A stretch of DNA of 64,000 bases, from the NCBI GenBank assembly GCA_905235305.1, contig CAJOLC010000027.1, positions 13,458 to 77,457 on the forward strand, in the 5' to 3' direction. Source of the DNA: an uncultured Bacteroidaceae bacterium (GTDB lineage: Bacteria > Bacteroidota > Bacteroidia > Bacteroidales > Bacteroidaceae). Under the pieces are notes generated by a model, which was not told where the DNA came from, searched no databases, and saw nothing but the letters and a program-made list of their open reading frames with translations. Each line of letters opens with the position of its first letter. Position 1 is the stretch's first letter. Shown here piece after piece: positions 8,231-17,926 of this stretch. A program made the translations under genes and the position numbers.

Positions 8231-10795
8231 TTAATACAGGACTTTCTTTCCGCCAATGATATTGATGCCATGCTGCATCTTCTGGATGCGCTGGCCGGCC
8301 AGGTTGTAGATGGGCTGGCCGTTGGTCTCCGGACTCTGTATGTCAGCGATGCCGGTGGCATCGTCGCCTTCGAAGTAGAATGCCTTCACGCCGCTTGCGC
8401 TCTGGTAGTATGCCTTGCCTGCGGGTATGGTGCCTTCTGCCTTGTAGAATGCTACCACGTCGTCCTTGACTGCAAGGACGTACATAGAGCCGTCGGCTTC
8501 TGTGGCAACGTCTGTGCCCTTGAGGTCGTTGGCGACGTTGATGTCGGGCAGTTCGGCAGCAGTCTTGTTGTAGTAGCTGCCTTTCAGGATGACGGGAGTG
8601 CCTGCGGGGATGTTGGGAATCTTTGTGAGGCTGAGCCATGTGCCGTTGTTTACGGCAGCGTATGCCTGTGCGTCGCCGTTGAGCTTATAGCCTGTTGTGG
8701 TGTCGTAGAGGGTGGCATATCCGGCTTCACCGATATAGGATACGGGGTTGTCGGTGCTAAGGACTGGTGTTGCATCGGTGCCGATGTACTGGCTCCAGTC
8801 TGTGCCGAGGTTGTAGGCGAGCCAGCCGTTCCCGAGCTTTTCCTCTGTGAAGTTCGGGTAGTTCGGCTGCGAGCCGTTCATGCTGAAGCTGTTTGTGATG
8901 GTGAAGCTGGCACCGTTACCGTTACGATAGACGTAAGCCTCTTGCGACCTGGGGTTAACCACTTCGGAGATTGTCCAGAAGCCTTCGATGGTGACGATTG
9001 CGTTGTTGAACCATCCAGTCAGTGCGCCGCAGTCCTTGCCATTGCCGGCTGAGGGGTTGGTTGTCGTGACTTTGCCTGTTGTCCAGCAGTTCTTGATGCT
9101 GACATTCTTCTTGTCGTTGCCGTTGCCGAATACGCCGCCGAAGAGTCCGCCCACATTGTTTTGGGTGCCTGTTACGTCGGCGCAGTTGCCGATGCCTTCG
9201 AATGTGCCGCCGCCAGAGTGACGACCGATGAGGCCAACTACTTGTGTGCCCTGGATGGCGCAAGTGCTGTCGAGCCAGAAGTTCTTCAAGGTTACGCCGG
9301 TAAGGGTGTTAAACATACCGTAGCTTTCTGGGGCTTCCGAGTTGACGAGCTGGAAGTTGGAGAGCTTGTGTCCCTGTCCGTCGAAGGTACCGACGTAGCG
9401 TGTGTTGCTGTTGTCGCCGCCGTAGCCGATGGGGAACTTGCTTATGTCGGCGCCTTCCATGTCGATGTCTGCGGTCAGGATGGCATTGGCGTTAGGCGAG
9501 CCGTTGTTAACCTTGGCAGCGAACCAAACGAGCTGCTTGGCGTTGGCTATCTCGTAGAAGCCATCGGTGTTGGGAGTCATGTAGTCTCCGTCAAATTCGC
9601 GGCAGTAGGAGCAGAAGCCGTCGACGAAGTCATGGCTGTCGATGATCGTGCCAGAATCTTCGTTGGAGTAGGTCACGCCTTCGTAGGGAGTGCCGTCGCA
9701 GTGCTGGCGACCGTTGGCATAGATAGTGCCGTGTGAGCCGTTGTCACTGTAGGGGAAGGGATAGGCATCATCAATGAGTGTCTGGAACCAGTTGGTGCTT
9801 CCGAGTGCAAAGGCAATCTCGCCGCTGGCAAGCTGTGCGTCTGTTACGAGGGTTGCACCGTCGGTGATGTTTACGGTACTTTCCGAGCCGTTGATGACTT
9901 TACCCTTGTAGTAGCTGTTCTCGATAGAGCTGGTTCCGCTCTTGACAGCACCGAAGAACTGGCCATAGACTGCTGAGCTTACCGTGCCGATGGAGAGACA
10001 GTTCTTGATGGTTACGGAGGGGTTTGCTCCCGTATAGCCTACGATGCCGCCGAGGGTGCAGTTGCCTTGAGGCTCAGCCGTGTTGGTGAGCTTGCCGTCG
10101 AACAGGCAGTTGGAGATGGTGATGAAGGAGCTGGCGTTGTTAGCAATGTAACCCAGGATGCCGCCGTAGTTGCCGTTGCCTCCCGTGTCTTTGCCGTCCA
10201 GTGTGCCGGAATAAGTGCAACAATCGATGGTGACATGTCCTGAGTCGGAGGCACCCAGGATGCCGCCAACTCTCTTGCCGTTGGCGGTGTTGTTGATGGT
10301 TAGACAGCTGTGGATGCCTCGGATGGTGGTGTTGTCGTCACGGGCAAAACCGATGGCACCGAAGTTGTTATTATTGTTGGTAGTCAGTGTGCCGTAGACG
10401 GTGAAGTTCTCCACCAGAGCTCCCTCGGCTACGACACCGAACAGGCCGAAGTTGTTCTGTGTAGCTGTCACATTGAAGCCCGTGATGGTGTGCCCCTGGC
10501 CGTCGAAGTGGCCGCGGAAGGCAGAAGTGGTGCTGCCTGTTGACCAGTCGCCGATGGGCGTCCAGCCGTCGAAGGCAGTCAGGTCAGTCAGGTCGATGTC
10601 ATCCGTCAGCACCGCATTGAGCACCGTCTCGCTGCCGTTCACCAGGCCGGCAAACTCGGCCAGCTCACTGCCCGAGCCAATCTCGTAATACTCTTTTCCA
10701 TCGATTACGGTGGTACTCAGGTTTTGTGCCTGAACGTTCATTCCCAGCAGGCTGCACGCCATTGCCAGGAGGATTGAGTAGAATGAATGTTTCAT
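8231..10795 (-). CDS. 854-aa secreted protein: two GLUG-type modules plus a T9SS-type tail (paralog of 3249..8129)
   Basis: Signal peptide MKHSFYSILLAMACSLLGMNVQAQ. FDGQGHTITGF and FDGQGHKLSNF are present. Ends PIYNLAGQRIQKMQHGINIIGGKKVLY. Confidence 0.85.
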   Translation of the reverse strand: MKHSFYSILLAMACSLLGMNVQAQNLSTTVIDGKEYYEIGSGSELAEFAGLVNGSETVLNAVLTDDIDLTDLTAFDGWTPIGDWSTGSTTSAFRGHFDGQGHTITGFNVTATQNNFGLFGVVAEGALVENFTVYGTLTTNNNNNFGAIGFARDDNTTIRGIHSCLTINNTANGKRVGGILGASDSGHVTIDCCTYSGTLDGKDTGGNGNYGGILGYIANNASSFITISNCLFDGKLTNTAEPQGNCTLGGIVGYTGANPSVTIKNCLSIGTVSSAVYGQFFGAVKSGTSSIENSYYKGKVINGSESTVNITDGATLVTDAQLASGEIAFALGSTNWFQTLIDDAYPFPYSDNGSHGTIYANGRQHCDGTPYEGVTYSNEDSGTIIDSHDFVDGFCSYCREFDGDYMTPNTDGFYEIANAKQLVWFAAKVNNGSPNANAILTADIDMEGADISKFPIGYGGDNSNTRYVGTFDGQGHKLSNFQLVNSEAPESYGMFNTLTGVTLKNFWLDSTCAIQGTQVVGLIGRHSGGGTFEGIGNCADVTGTQNNVGGLFGGVFGNGNDKKNVSIKNCWTTGKVTTTNPSAGNGKDCGALTGWFNNAIVTIEGFWTISEVVNPRSQEAYVYRNGNGASFTITNSFSMNGSQPNYPNFTEEKLGNGWLAYNLGTDWSQYIGTDATPVLSTDNPVSYIGEAGYATLYDTTTGYKLNGDAQAYAAVNNGTWLSLTKIPNIPAGTPVILKGSYYNKTAAELPDINVANDLKGTDVATEADGSMYVLAVKDDVVAFYKAEGTIPAGKAYYQSASGVKAFYFEGDDATGIADIQSPETNGQPIYNLAGQRIQKMQHGINIIGGKKVLY

Positions 10796-11309
10796 GTTTG
10801 TTAAAGAAGGTTAAGGGTTAGTTATTGTTTTTGGAGAATTCCATGTGATTTTGCTATGAAATCCATTCAAATTTACTAAAATCGTGGGCACTTTGTCACT
10901 GTTTCTGACATCTTTTAACACATTTTAACCCTAATGGTATCATTCAAAGAATGATTCTGCAAAACAAGTGCAAGCGTTTGCCCCCTGTGTCCGTTGCTTC
11001 GTGGAGGTGATTGCATGCTCTGCCGTACTGCCTTCCGGCTGAGGTGCCATTGGCTGGAGTCATACTCCGAAGATGCCTGATTTTGTCAAGATTTTTCCAT
11101 TCGTGAGCCTCTCTGACGGCGAGAATTTGCCGTCGGATAGTCCTGATACCCCCAAAGCGCTTAAAATCGATTTGTTTGCAACGCTTTGGCGTTCAGCGAC
11201 ATAGGAAACCGAATTTTGTCAGGCAGTTCTGAATATGAACAGATTAGGAGTGTTTTTGGATAAAATTCGGGCTAATTTTTGGGGTGAACTTAATGTAGGT
11301 CGTGAGACG

Positions 11310-11347
11310 ATGCAATATAATGGATTGGCCGATTCATTATATTGCAT
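11310..11347. repeat. GCAATATAATG hairpin (copy A of the dispersed non-coding element)
   Basis: ATGCAATATAATG-N12-CATTATATTGCAT gives a perfect 13-bp stem. The same hairpin occurs at 62389..62428, and a degenerate copy at 52326..52359. Confidence 0.75.
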
Positions 11348-11424
11348 TGAGCATTCCATCCTAATGCGTCGCCCGACGCGGCACTGTGGGTGATGCGATG
11401 AAGGCTAAATAATGTCAAGATTTT

Positions 11425-12219
11425 TTACGGCAGTTTCACCTTTGCCATGACGGGGAAGTGGGTGGATGGCAGGCGGCGTTTGTAGGTGCCGTCGGATTCC
11501 TTGGTGAAGTAGCCGTATTGGAGTTGGCCATAAGCCTTGACGGTGACGTTGGTGGAGGCGAAGACGAAGTCGTATCGAGCCGTACCGTGGTTAGCTCCGA
11601 GGTCGAAGTTATTGACCGTGCCGTATTCTGCACTGCGTATGGGAGCCTTAGTGTAGCAGTCGTTGTACTTCTGTTTGAGGCGTGTGTAGGGCGTCTTCGT
11701 CTCGTCGGAACCAAGGTTGCCTGTGATGAAGCATGGAAGCCCGTCCGTGTTGATAGAGTCGATGGCTTGGCGCAGACAGTTGACGGATGTGTAGGCAATG
11801 CTTGTGTCTGCGGACAGGCATACGTTGAACACGTAGAAGGGCTTGCCGTCCTTCTGGAGCCTAACCCACGAGCAGGTGCTTTCCTCGGGCATTCCGTCGT
11901 CCTGCGAGAGTACGCCGCTGCCTGTGAGGGACACGGTTTTGCCATAGAGGATATTGCCGGCTGCGCTGTACTCCTTCATGCGGGAGGTGATGGACTGAAG
12001 CTGTGCGCTGGTCAGCGACTGCAGGCCCAGCACGTCGGGCTCCTCGAAGCGGAACATCTCGTAGATGACGGGCTGCCGGTTCGCCCACTTGTCGCCGCCG
12101 TCACCGCAGAGCGCCTCTTCGCTCGGCGTGGTGACGTAGAAGCTGCCGATGTATAGGTCCTGACTCTTGGTGCACAGGGCCGTCAGGGATATGATGGAGA
12201 GAAGGATAATCTTTTTCAT
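11425..12219 (-). CDS. secreted endonuclease/exonuclease/phosphatase (EEP)-fold protein with a degenerate active site
   Basis: Signal peptide MKKIILLSIISLTALC. It aligns motif by motif with the EEP domain of the next gene, but the catalytic residues are replaced (GLQS for GVQE, NVCLS for NTHLD, GNLG for GDYN, STH for TDH). Confidence 0.7.
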   Translation of the reverse strand: MKKIILLSIISLTALCTKSQDLYIGSFYVTTPSEEALCGDGGDKWANRQPVIYEMFRFEEPDVLGLQSLTSAQLQSITSRMKEYSAAGNILYGKTVSLTGSGVLSQDDGMPEESTCSWVRLQKDGKPFYVFNVCLSADTSIAYTSVNCLRQAIDSINTDGLPCFITGNLGSDETKTPYTRLKQKYNDCYTKAPIRSAEYGTVNNFDLGANHGTARYDFVFASTNVTVKAYGQLQYGYFTKESDGTYKRRLPSTHFPVMAKVKLP

Positions 12220-12253
12220 AATGGTGTGTTTGAGTTAAGGTTGGTGATTTGAA

Positions 12254-14304
12254 TCAGAAGAGTACTTTCTTTCCGCCCACGATGTTGATGCCTCTCCGCA
12301 CCTTCGCAAGGCGCTGGCCTGCCAGGTTGAATATATCGCTGCGGCTCTCTCCGCCTGCCACGGAACGGATGCCCGTCGGGTCTTCCTCGTTGAAGTATGT
12401 GCCGTCCTGCAGCAACACCTGCAGGTGGTCGGCGAAGAGTACGGGGTAGGGGTCCTTGCCAAGCGTCTGATACCAGTTGATGCTACTCTGGTCGCCGTTC
12501 AGCCTATAGCAGATTTCGCCGCTGGAGAGCTGTGCATCGGTGACTTCACTGCCTTGCACCGTGTGCTCGCCGCTCACTCTTTCGGCACTCCCCTCGAGCC
12601 AATAGTTGTTCTGGAAAGCAGAGCTTGGGTAGCTACGCATGCGTCCTCCGATGGCTCCGCCGTAGGTGGACGTGCCTCCGCCATGCGTACCGAGCCCACG
12701 TTCAGGCAGTTCTTCACGCCTGCGAAGGAGTTGTTGTTCACGTAGCCTATGATGCCTCCGGCAAAGGCATCCGAGGCTGTGAAGGAGACAGTGCCGTAGT
12801 TCGCGCAGTTCTCCACGAGGCAATTCTCGTTGGTATAGCCGGCAATGCCCCCGATGCAATCGTGGCTGCCGCCAGTCTCCATGATGCTCCCGCTGAAGGA
12901 ACACGCGATGGCCTTCGTGCCGGTGCGCATACTTCCGATGACACCTCCAATGTGCGACGACACGCCCGGCACGGCAATGTTCAGCGCGGAGTGTACCTGA
13001 CGCACCGTCCCACCTTCCATCCATCCCACTACACCACAGCCTGTGCCGTCCCGGAACGTCAGGCTTCCGTCGATGCTGAAGTTCTGAATGGTGGCTCCCG
13101 ACACGTTTCCGAAGAAGCCGGAGCGGTTGTTGTGCGTGCTGAGGGAAAGGTTCCTGATGGCATGGCCCTGCCCGTCGAAGGTGCCGCGGAACGGGTTTGT
13201 AACCATCCCGATAGGCTTCCAGTCCGTCACTCCCGCCATGTCGATGTCGTCGGTCAGTGCTGCTTTCGCCCTCACGTCCTGCTCATACCCCCCCATGCCA
13301 TTGACGATGCGCGAGAAGGCAATCAGCTGTCCGGCCGTGGAGATTTGGTAGATGCCGTCGCTGACAGGAGGCAGGGAGGTGTCCAGCTCGCCCATTTCCG
13401 GATTCTTGAGCGTGAGCTTCGCCATCACGGCATTATGGTCGGTGTATTTCCGCTCGTTGTATGTCGCCGTGCCGGTAGTGGAATAGTAGCAGGGGTTCAA
13501 TACGCCGTAGTGATTCACGCTCCATGCATTCGTGACGAAGATGTGGTCGATGCGTCGCAGCTCTCCGTTGGAAAGGTACTCGACAACGTTGGCATTGAAG
13601 CCCCCGGAAGTGCCGTCGGTCATGAATCTCTGCGTCGTGCGGCTGTAGCAGTCATAGAGGAACCTGGAGCCACTGAACAGGCTGTAGGCGCCCGACGTCT
13701 GCTCTGCGTTGTAGTCACCGGTGACAATCACGGGCGCAGTCTTGCTTGCCAGTTCCTCAATCACCTGCTTTATCAGGTAGTAGGACTGCTGTCGGTTCGT
13801 CTCGTCGAGGTCGAGGTGTGTGTTGATGTGCCATATCGGGGTGCCGGTCTCACGGTCGAAGAACTTCCCCCACGTGGCAATGCGGTAGAAACTTGTAGAG
13901 CCTCCTTCGGCAGGAAATCCCTTGGAAGGCTGGTAGGGCGTGTCGCTTAGCCAGAAGTATCCCCAGTCGAGGAGTATCAGGCGCTCCTTTCTGTAGTAAA
14001 TGGCAGAATACTCTCCGCTCTCGGCCCCATCGTTTCTTCCCACTCCGATGTAGCCGTAGCCGCTCAGTCCGTTTGCCATGTCCTTTACCTGCCCTACCAG
14101 TGCCTCCTGCACGCCAAGCAGGTCGGGCTGCTGGAAGTTCACGAAGTTGATGAGGTACGTGCGCCTTGTCGTCCAGCCGTTGCCGGCAGTGACGTCGCCA
14201 TTGTTGTCGTATCGCACGTTGTACGTGCAGACGTTAAGTTCCTGTGCCAGTGCCTGAAGGGAGGCGGCGAGCAGGCATGTCAGCCAAAGAAGTCTTCGTT
14301 TCAT
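12254..14304 (-). pseudogene. EEP nuclease/phosphatase - GLUG module - T9SS-tail fusion, reading frame broken near 12695-12697
   Basis: ORF 12574..14373 (true start MKRRLLWLTCLLAASLQALAQ at 14304) carries the EEP domain and most of the module. ORF 12254..13024, in another frame, continues GLGTHGGGTSTYGGAIGG...NNYWLEGS...INWYQTL...DIFNLAGQRLAKVRRGINIVGGKKVLF. The join needs one extra G in GTGGGC. Confidence 0.8.
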
Positions 14305-14335
14305 GTCTTGATGTGTTATGGATGATATGGGTAGT

Positions 14336-14944
14336 CTATTCGTTGAAGTCGAACTCCAGTTGCTTGGAGCCAAGCAGGTTGAATGTCAGTCTGTGGTAGG
14401 GAGTGGTGCCGAACTTGCGTATGGCTTCTCTGTGGGCGGGAGCCGGATAGCCCTTGTTCTTGTCCCAACTATACGCGGGGAACTCCTTGTGCAGGCTGCA
14501 CATGCAGTCGTCCCTGTAGGTCTTTGCGAGGATGCTTGCCGCGGCTATGCTCATGTACTTGCCATCGCCTTTCACGATGGTCGTGTATGGCAGGTTGCCG
14601 TAGGGCGTGAAGCGGTTGCCATCGACGATGATTTCATGAGGCCGCAGCCGCAGTCCGTCGAGCGCACGATGCATGGCCAGGATGCTGGCTCGGAGTATGT
14701 TGATGTGGTCTATCTCCTCGTTCGTCACGACGCCTACAGCCCATGCCAATGCCTCGCGCTCTATGACGTCGCGCAGGGCATAGCGTTTCTTCTCGCTGAG
14801 CTGCTTAGAATCGTTGAGCAGGTCATTGCGGAAGTCGGGCGGAAGTATGACGGCTGCCGCATAGACAGGGCCTGCCAGACAGCCTCTGCCAGCTTCATCG
14901 CAACCTGCTTCGATGACATCCTTATGGTAATACGACTCAAGCAT
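14336..14944 (-). CDS. rnhB: ribonuclease HII
   Basis: [34 protein letters not shown], with the DEAGRG active-site motif. Confidence 0.93.
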   Translation of the reverse strand: MLESYYHKDVIEAGCDEAGRGCLAGPVYAAAVILPPDFRNDLLNDSKQLSEKKRYALRDVIEREALAWAVGVVTNEEIDHINILRASILAMHRALDGLRLRPHEIIVDGNRFTPYGNLPYTTIVKGDGKYMSIAAASILAKTYRDDCMCSLHKEFPAYSWDKNKGYPAPAHREAIRKFGTTPYHRLTFNLLGSKQLEFDFNE

Positions 14945-14950
14945 ATTGGG

Positions 14951-15730
14951 CTATCTCTTGATAATGGCTCGGATTATGAACCAGAAATGTCGTGTGACCG
15001 TCGGCCACCAGCCATAGTAATGCACCATAATGCGGAAGCGCTCCTTGAGCGATGCCCGGTGGTTGTGCGTCGTCAGTCCTTCGCTAAGGTAATCCGTAAG
15101 CACGAGATGTGTGTTGACTATTCTAAAACGACGACGATAAGCATGGTGTATGACACGGATGCACCAGTCGAAGTCGGCAGAATAATGGTAGTGAAGGTTG
15201 TAAAGCTCCTGCTTCGCTATGTCAGTGCGTACGTAGAACGACTGATGGCAGACAAGCATGCCATTGAGGAAACTGTCCCCAGTAAGTTTCTCTGGCGGTG
15301 TAAGCCTGCGGCGTCGCAGGAAGTTACCGTCATCATCGACGATGTGTGTGTCGCCATAGAGAATGGCAGGATGCCTGTGCTCGCCTTTCATCCATCCGGC
15401 TTGCTCGGAGAGGGCAGAGATGGTGTCGTTGTTGTGCAGGCAGTCGCCCGCATTGAGGAAGACGATGTAGTCGCCTGTCGCGGCAAGCAAGGCCTTGTTC
15501 ATCGCATCGTAGAGTCCGTTGTCGGGCTCGCAGATGAGGCGTATGTTGTGGCGTGCCTGATTCTTCTCCACATAGCGTTGCACCAAGGAGAGCGTGTGGT
15601 CCCTGGAGCATCCGTCGATGATAAGATGCTCGATGCGTTCATAGTCCTGCGAGGCAACGCTCTTCAAGGTCCGTTCGAGGGTTGCTTCGGCATTATAGGT
15701 GACGGTTGCTATGGTAAAGAGGGGCTTCAT
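14951..15730 (-). CDS. glycosyltransferase family 2
   Basis: Trimmed to MKPLFTIATVTYNAEATLERTLKSVASQDY...LIIDGCSRD (GT-A N-terminal motifs). The start abuts the upstream stop. Confidence 0.8.
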   Translation of the reverse strand: MKPLFTIATVTYNAEATLERTLKSVASQDYERIEHLIIDGCSRDHTLSLVQRYVEKNQARHNIRLICEPDNGLYDAMNKALLAATGDYIVFLNAGDCLHNNDTISALSEQAGWMKGEHRHPAILYGDTHIVDDDGNFLRRRRLTPPEKLTGDSFLNGMLVCHQSFYVRTDIAKQELYNLHYHYSADFDWCIRVIHHAYRRRFRIVNTHLVLTDYLSEGLTTHNHRASLKERFRIMVHYYGWWPTVTRHFWFIIRAIIKR

Positions 15731-15731
15731 G

Positions 15732-16907
15732 TTACGCTTGATATAGTTTGATGTATTGTTGTGCAACGTGAGTCTCACCGTATGCGTCGGCAGCCTTATG
15801 GCGTGCTGCTTCCCGCAAGTCGTGGCTTAGGACGAAGCGTATACCCTCGGCCAGGTCGGCAGCATCTCGGTAGCGTGCCACGTATCCGTTGCAAAGGTGG
15901 TCAATCATCTCAGGAATGCCTCCGACATTGAAACCCACGCAGGGTGTGCCTTGGCTCATTGCCTCGGCAATCGTATTGGGCAGGTTGTCCTGCAGGCTTG
16001 GCGTAACAAAGGCATCGGCGGCACTGTAAAGCTTTGGCATGATACCCTCGTCGACAGAACCAAACCGGAAGGCTTTGATGCCGTAGGGCAATGGTATCTG
16101 CTCCGAATCTTTGCCCACGATGATGAGCTGCAGGTTGTCTTCCTGAAGCTGTCGGAGAGCTTCGACGAGGAAAGTAATGCCCTTGCGCTCGTCTGTCACC
16201 TTTTGGCTGCAGAAAAGAAGCAGGCGTTTGTCCTTCGGAAGAGCGAGTGCCTGACGTGCCTCCAGCATGTCGATGGGATGGAAGAGGGCAGCGGGGACGC
16301 AGTTATTGATATGCTCCACGCGTTCTCCCGGCAGTGCCTTCCGTGCTTCTCCAGTAATCCAGTTGCTGCAGCCAACGAATATGGGATGCCATCGCTGGTA
16401 TAGCGTTCGCTTACGTTCGTATATATAATAAGGTAGGGAGCCATATAGCAAAGGACACTTCCGGCACTCCTTTTCCTTGCATTCGCCTCGATAATGACAT
16501 ACACCAAGGTAGGCCCATTCGTCGTGCATAGTCATGACGACGCGCTTGCCGCTGCGCATGATTTTCTCCATTTCATCGAGAGAAAGCATGCCTTGGTTAA
16601 TCCAATGAAGGTGCACGACATCTGCCTCTTGGAACTCTTTAGTGCCTGTTATGCTGATGCCTACATTAGCGATGTCTGCCTGCCAGAGTTTCGAGCGGCG
16701 GAAACCGCAGCGAGGCAGGATGGCGAGGCGTTCCAAGAGCTTCGGGAGCTTGTTTCCCACCTGGACAACCGTTACGGCGTCCGACTGCTTGTCGCGCACC
16801 ATGAGTTTTGCCTTGACACCATTCGCTACCAGGGCTTCCATAAGCCGTCGGGCAGCAATGGCGCCTCCGCCGCATCGTTCGCTTGTGCTTATGAGCAGGA
16901 CTTTCAT
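15732..16907 (-). CDS. glycosyltransferase family 4 (GT-B fold)
   Basis: Trimmed to MKVLLISTSERCGGGAIAARRL. C-terminal motif: PSLQDNLPNTIAEAMSQGTPCVGFNVGGIPEMI. ATGA overlap with the upstream gene. Confidence 0.8.
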   Translation of the reverse strand: MKVLLISTSERCGGGAIAARRLMEALVANGVKAKLMVRDKQSDAVTVVQVGNKLPKLLERLAILPRCGFRRSKLWQADIANVGISITGTKEFQEADVVHLHWINQGMLSLDEMEKIMRSGKRVVMTMHDEWAYLGVCHYRGECKEKECRKCPLLYGSLPYYIYERKRTLYQRWHPIFVGCSNWITGEARKALPGERVEHINNCVPAALFHPIDMLEARQALALPKDKRLLLFCSQKVTDERKGITFLVEALRQLQEDNLQLIIVGKDSEQIPLPYGIKAFRFGSVDEGIMPKLYSAADAFVTPSLQDNLPNTIAEAMSQGTPCVGFNVGGIPEMIDHLCNGYVARYRDAADLAEGIRFVLSHDLREAARHKAADAYGETHVAQQYIKLYQA

Positions 16908-17926
16908 CGATAAGCCTCCTTTCCCATCCATTTGTGTATGCGGTTGCGTATGGCTTTAAGGATAAACTTGAAGTTCCCGTAGCGCAGATTAAGGGCAAGT
17001 TCTTCGATGGAACGGGCGATTTTTATCGTTGGACACATCCATCCCATGATGCGATATGCGCGGTGGCGATAGGCAACATGCTCCAGGACGTAGGGTGGAT
17101 GGACGAGGTTGTGACCTTCGGGCAACTCGAAGCGTTGCATGGTGAAGATGCGTCGGTAGCCTCGGGGCATTGTCTCGAGCGAGCCGCCGAAGTGGGTGCT
17201 GTCGGCCGTGGCGCCGAGGTTGTTGATCATGTTCTTGGCAGGCACGATGGCAAGTCCGCTGGAGAGGAGCATGTGCGACCAGAAGATGGTCTCGTAGAAA
17301 GCCTTGCCTTGCTCGCGATGCTTGCGGCACATCGGCAGGAAGTCGTCGCGATAGTGTCGCTCGCGAATCAGTTCCTCGAGCTGACGCACTGCGACGGGGT
17401 TGTCGAGCCAAGTGTAGTGTTCGTCCCACTGGTCTATGACGCGCCGCCACGAAGCCCAGCCCCAGATGCTGAAGTTTGTGCTGAAGAAGTAGTCGCCCTG
17501 TGCATCTGTGGTTTGTTCTTCGACGTTGAAGCCACTTATCATAGTAATGCGGGTGTCGTGTTCGTAGCGGTCGAGCATCTCTTTGCAGAAGGGGAAGAAG
17601 CTTACGCTGGGGACATCGTCGTCCTCGAGCACGATGCATTTGTCGACGTGGCTGAATGCCCATTTCTGCGAGATGTATTCCGAGGGGTCACAGCCGTAGT
17701 TGCGTTCCTGATAGAAGGTCTCTACCTGGCATTCCCAGTCCACATGCGCTACCACCTCACGGCAGGCGAGGATGCCCGGCATGTCTGCTTCGCTTCGTGG
17801 ACCGTCCTGATAGAGGAACAGACGCGACGGGCGAGCCTTGCGGACTTGCTCGAAGACTTGGCCGAGTTGTCGCGGTCTGTTGAAGAACAGAATCAGCACG
17901 GGAATATCGACGAGATATGATTTCAT
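16904..17926 (-). CDS. putative glycosyltransferase (GT-A / GNT-I-like, EDD motif)
   Basis: Trimmed to MKSYLVDIPVLILFFNRPRQLGQVFEQV...CIVLEDDDVPS. It is the first gene of a three-gene GT run. Confidence 0.55.
   Translation of the reverse strand: MKSYLVDIPVLILFFNRPRQLGQVFEQVRKARPSRLFLYQDGPRSEADMPGILACREVVAHVDWECQVETFYQERNYGCDPSEYISQKWAFSHVDKCIVLEDDDVPSVSFFPFCKEMLDRYEHDTRITMISGFNVEEQTTDAQGDYFFSTNFSIWGWASWRRVIDQWDEHYTWLDNPVAVRQLEELIRERHYRDDFLPMCRKHREQGKAFYETIFWSHMLLSSGLAIVPAKNMINNLGATADSTHFGGSLETMPRGYRRIFTMQRFELPEGHNLVHPPYVLEHVAYRHRAYRIMGWMCPTIKIARSIEELALNLRYGNFKFILKAIRNRIHKWMGKEAYR

Noticed and set aside
10809-10938. Possible invertible promoter (inverton) upstream of the 854-aa surface protein gene (GGTTAAGGGTTAG vs TTAACCCTAATGG).
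   Set aside because: Only about 7 nt truly pair (AGGGTTA/TAACCCT). That is far shorter than the 15-30-bp inverted repeats of known Bacteroidales invertons, and there is no recombinase nearby.
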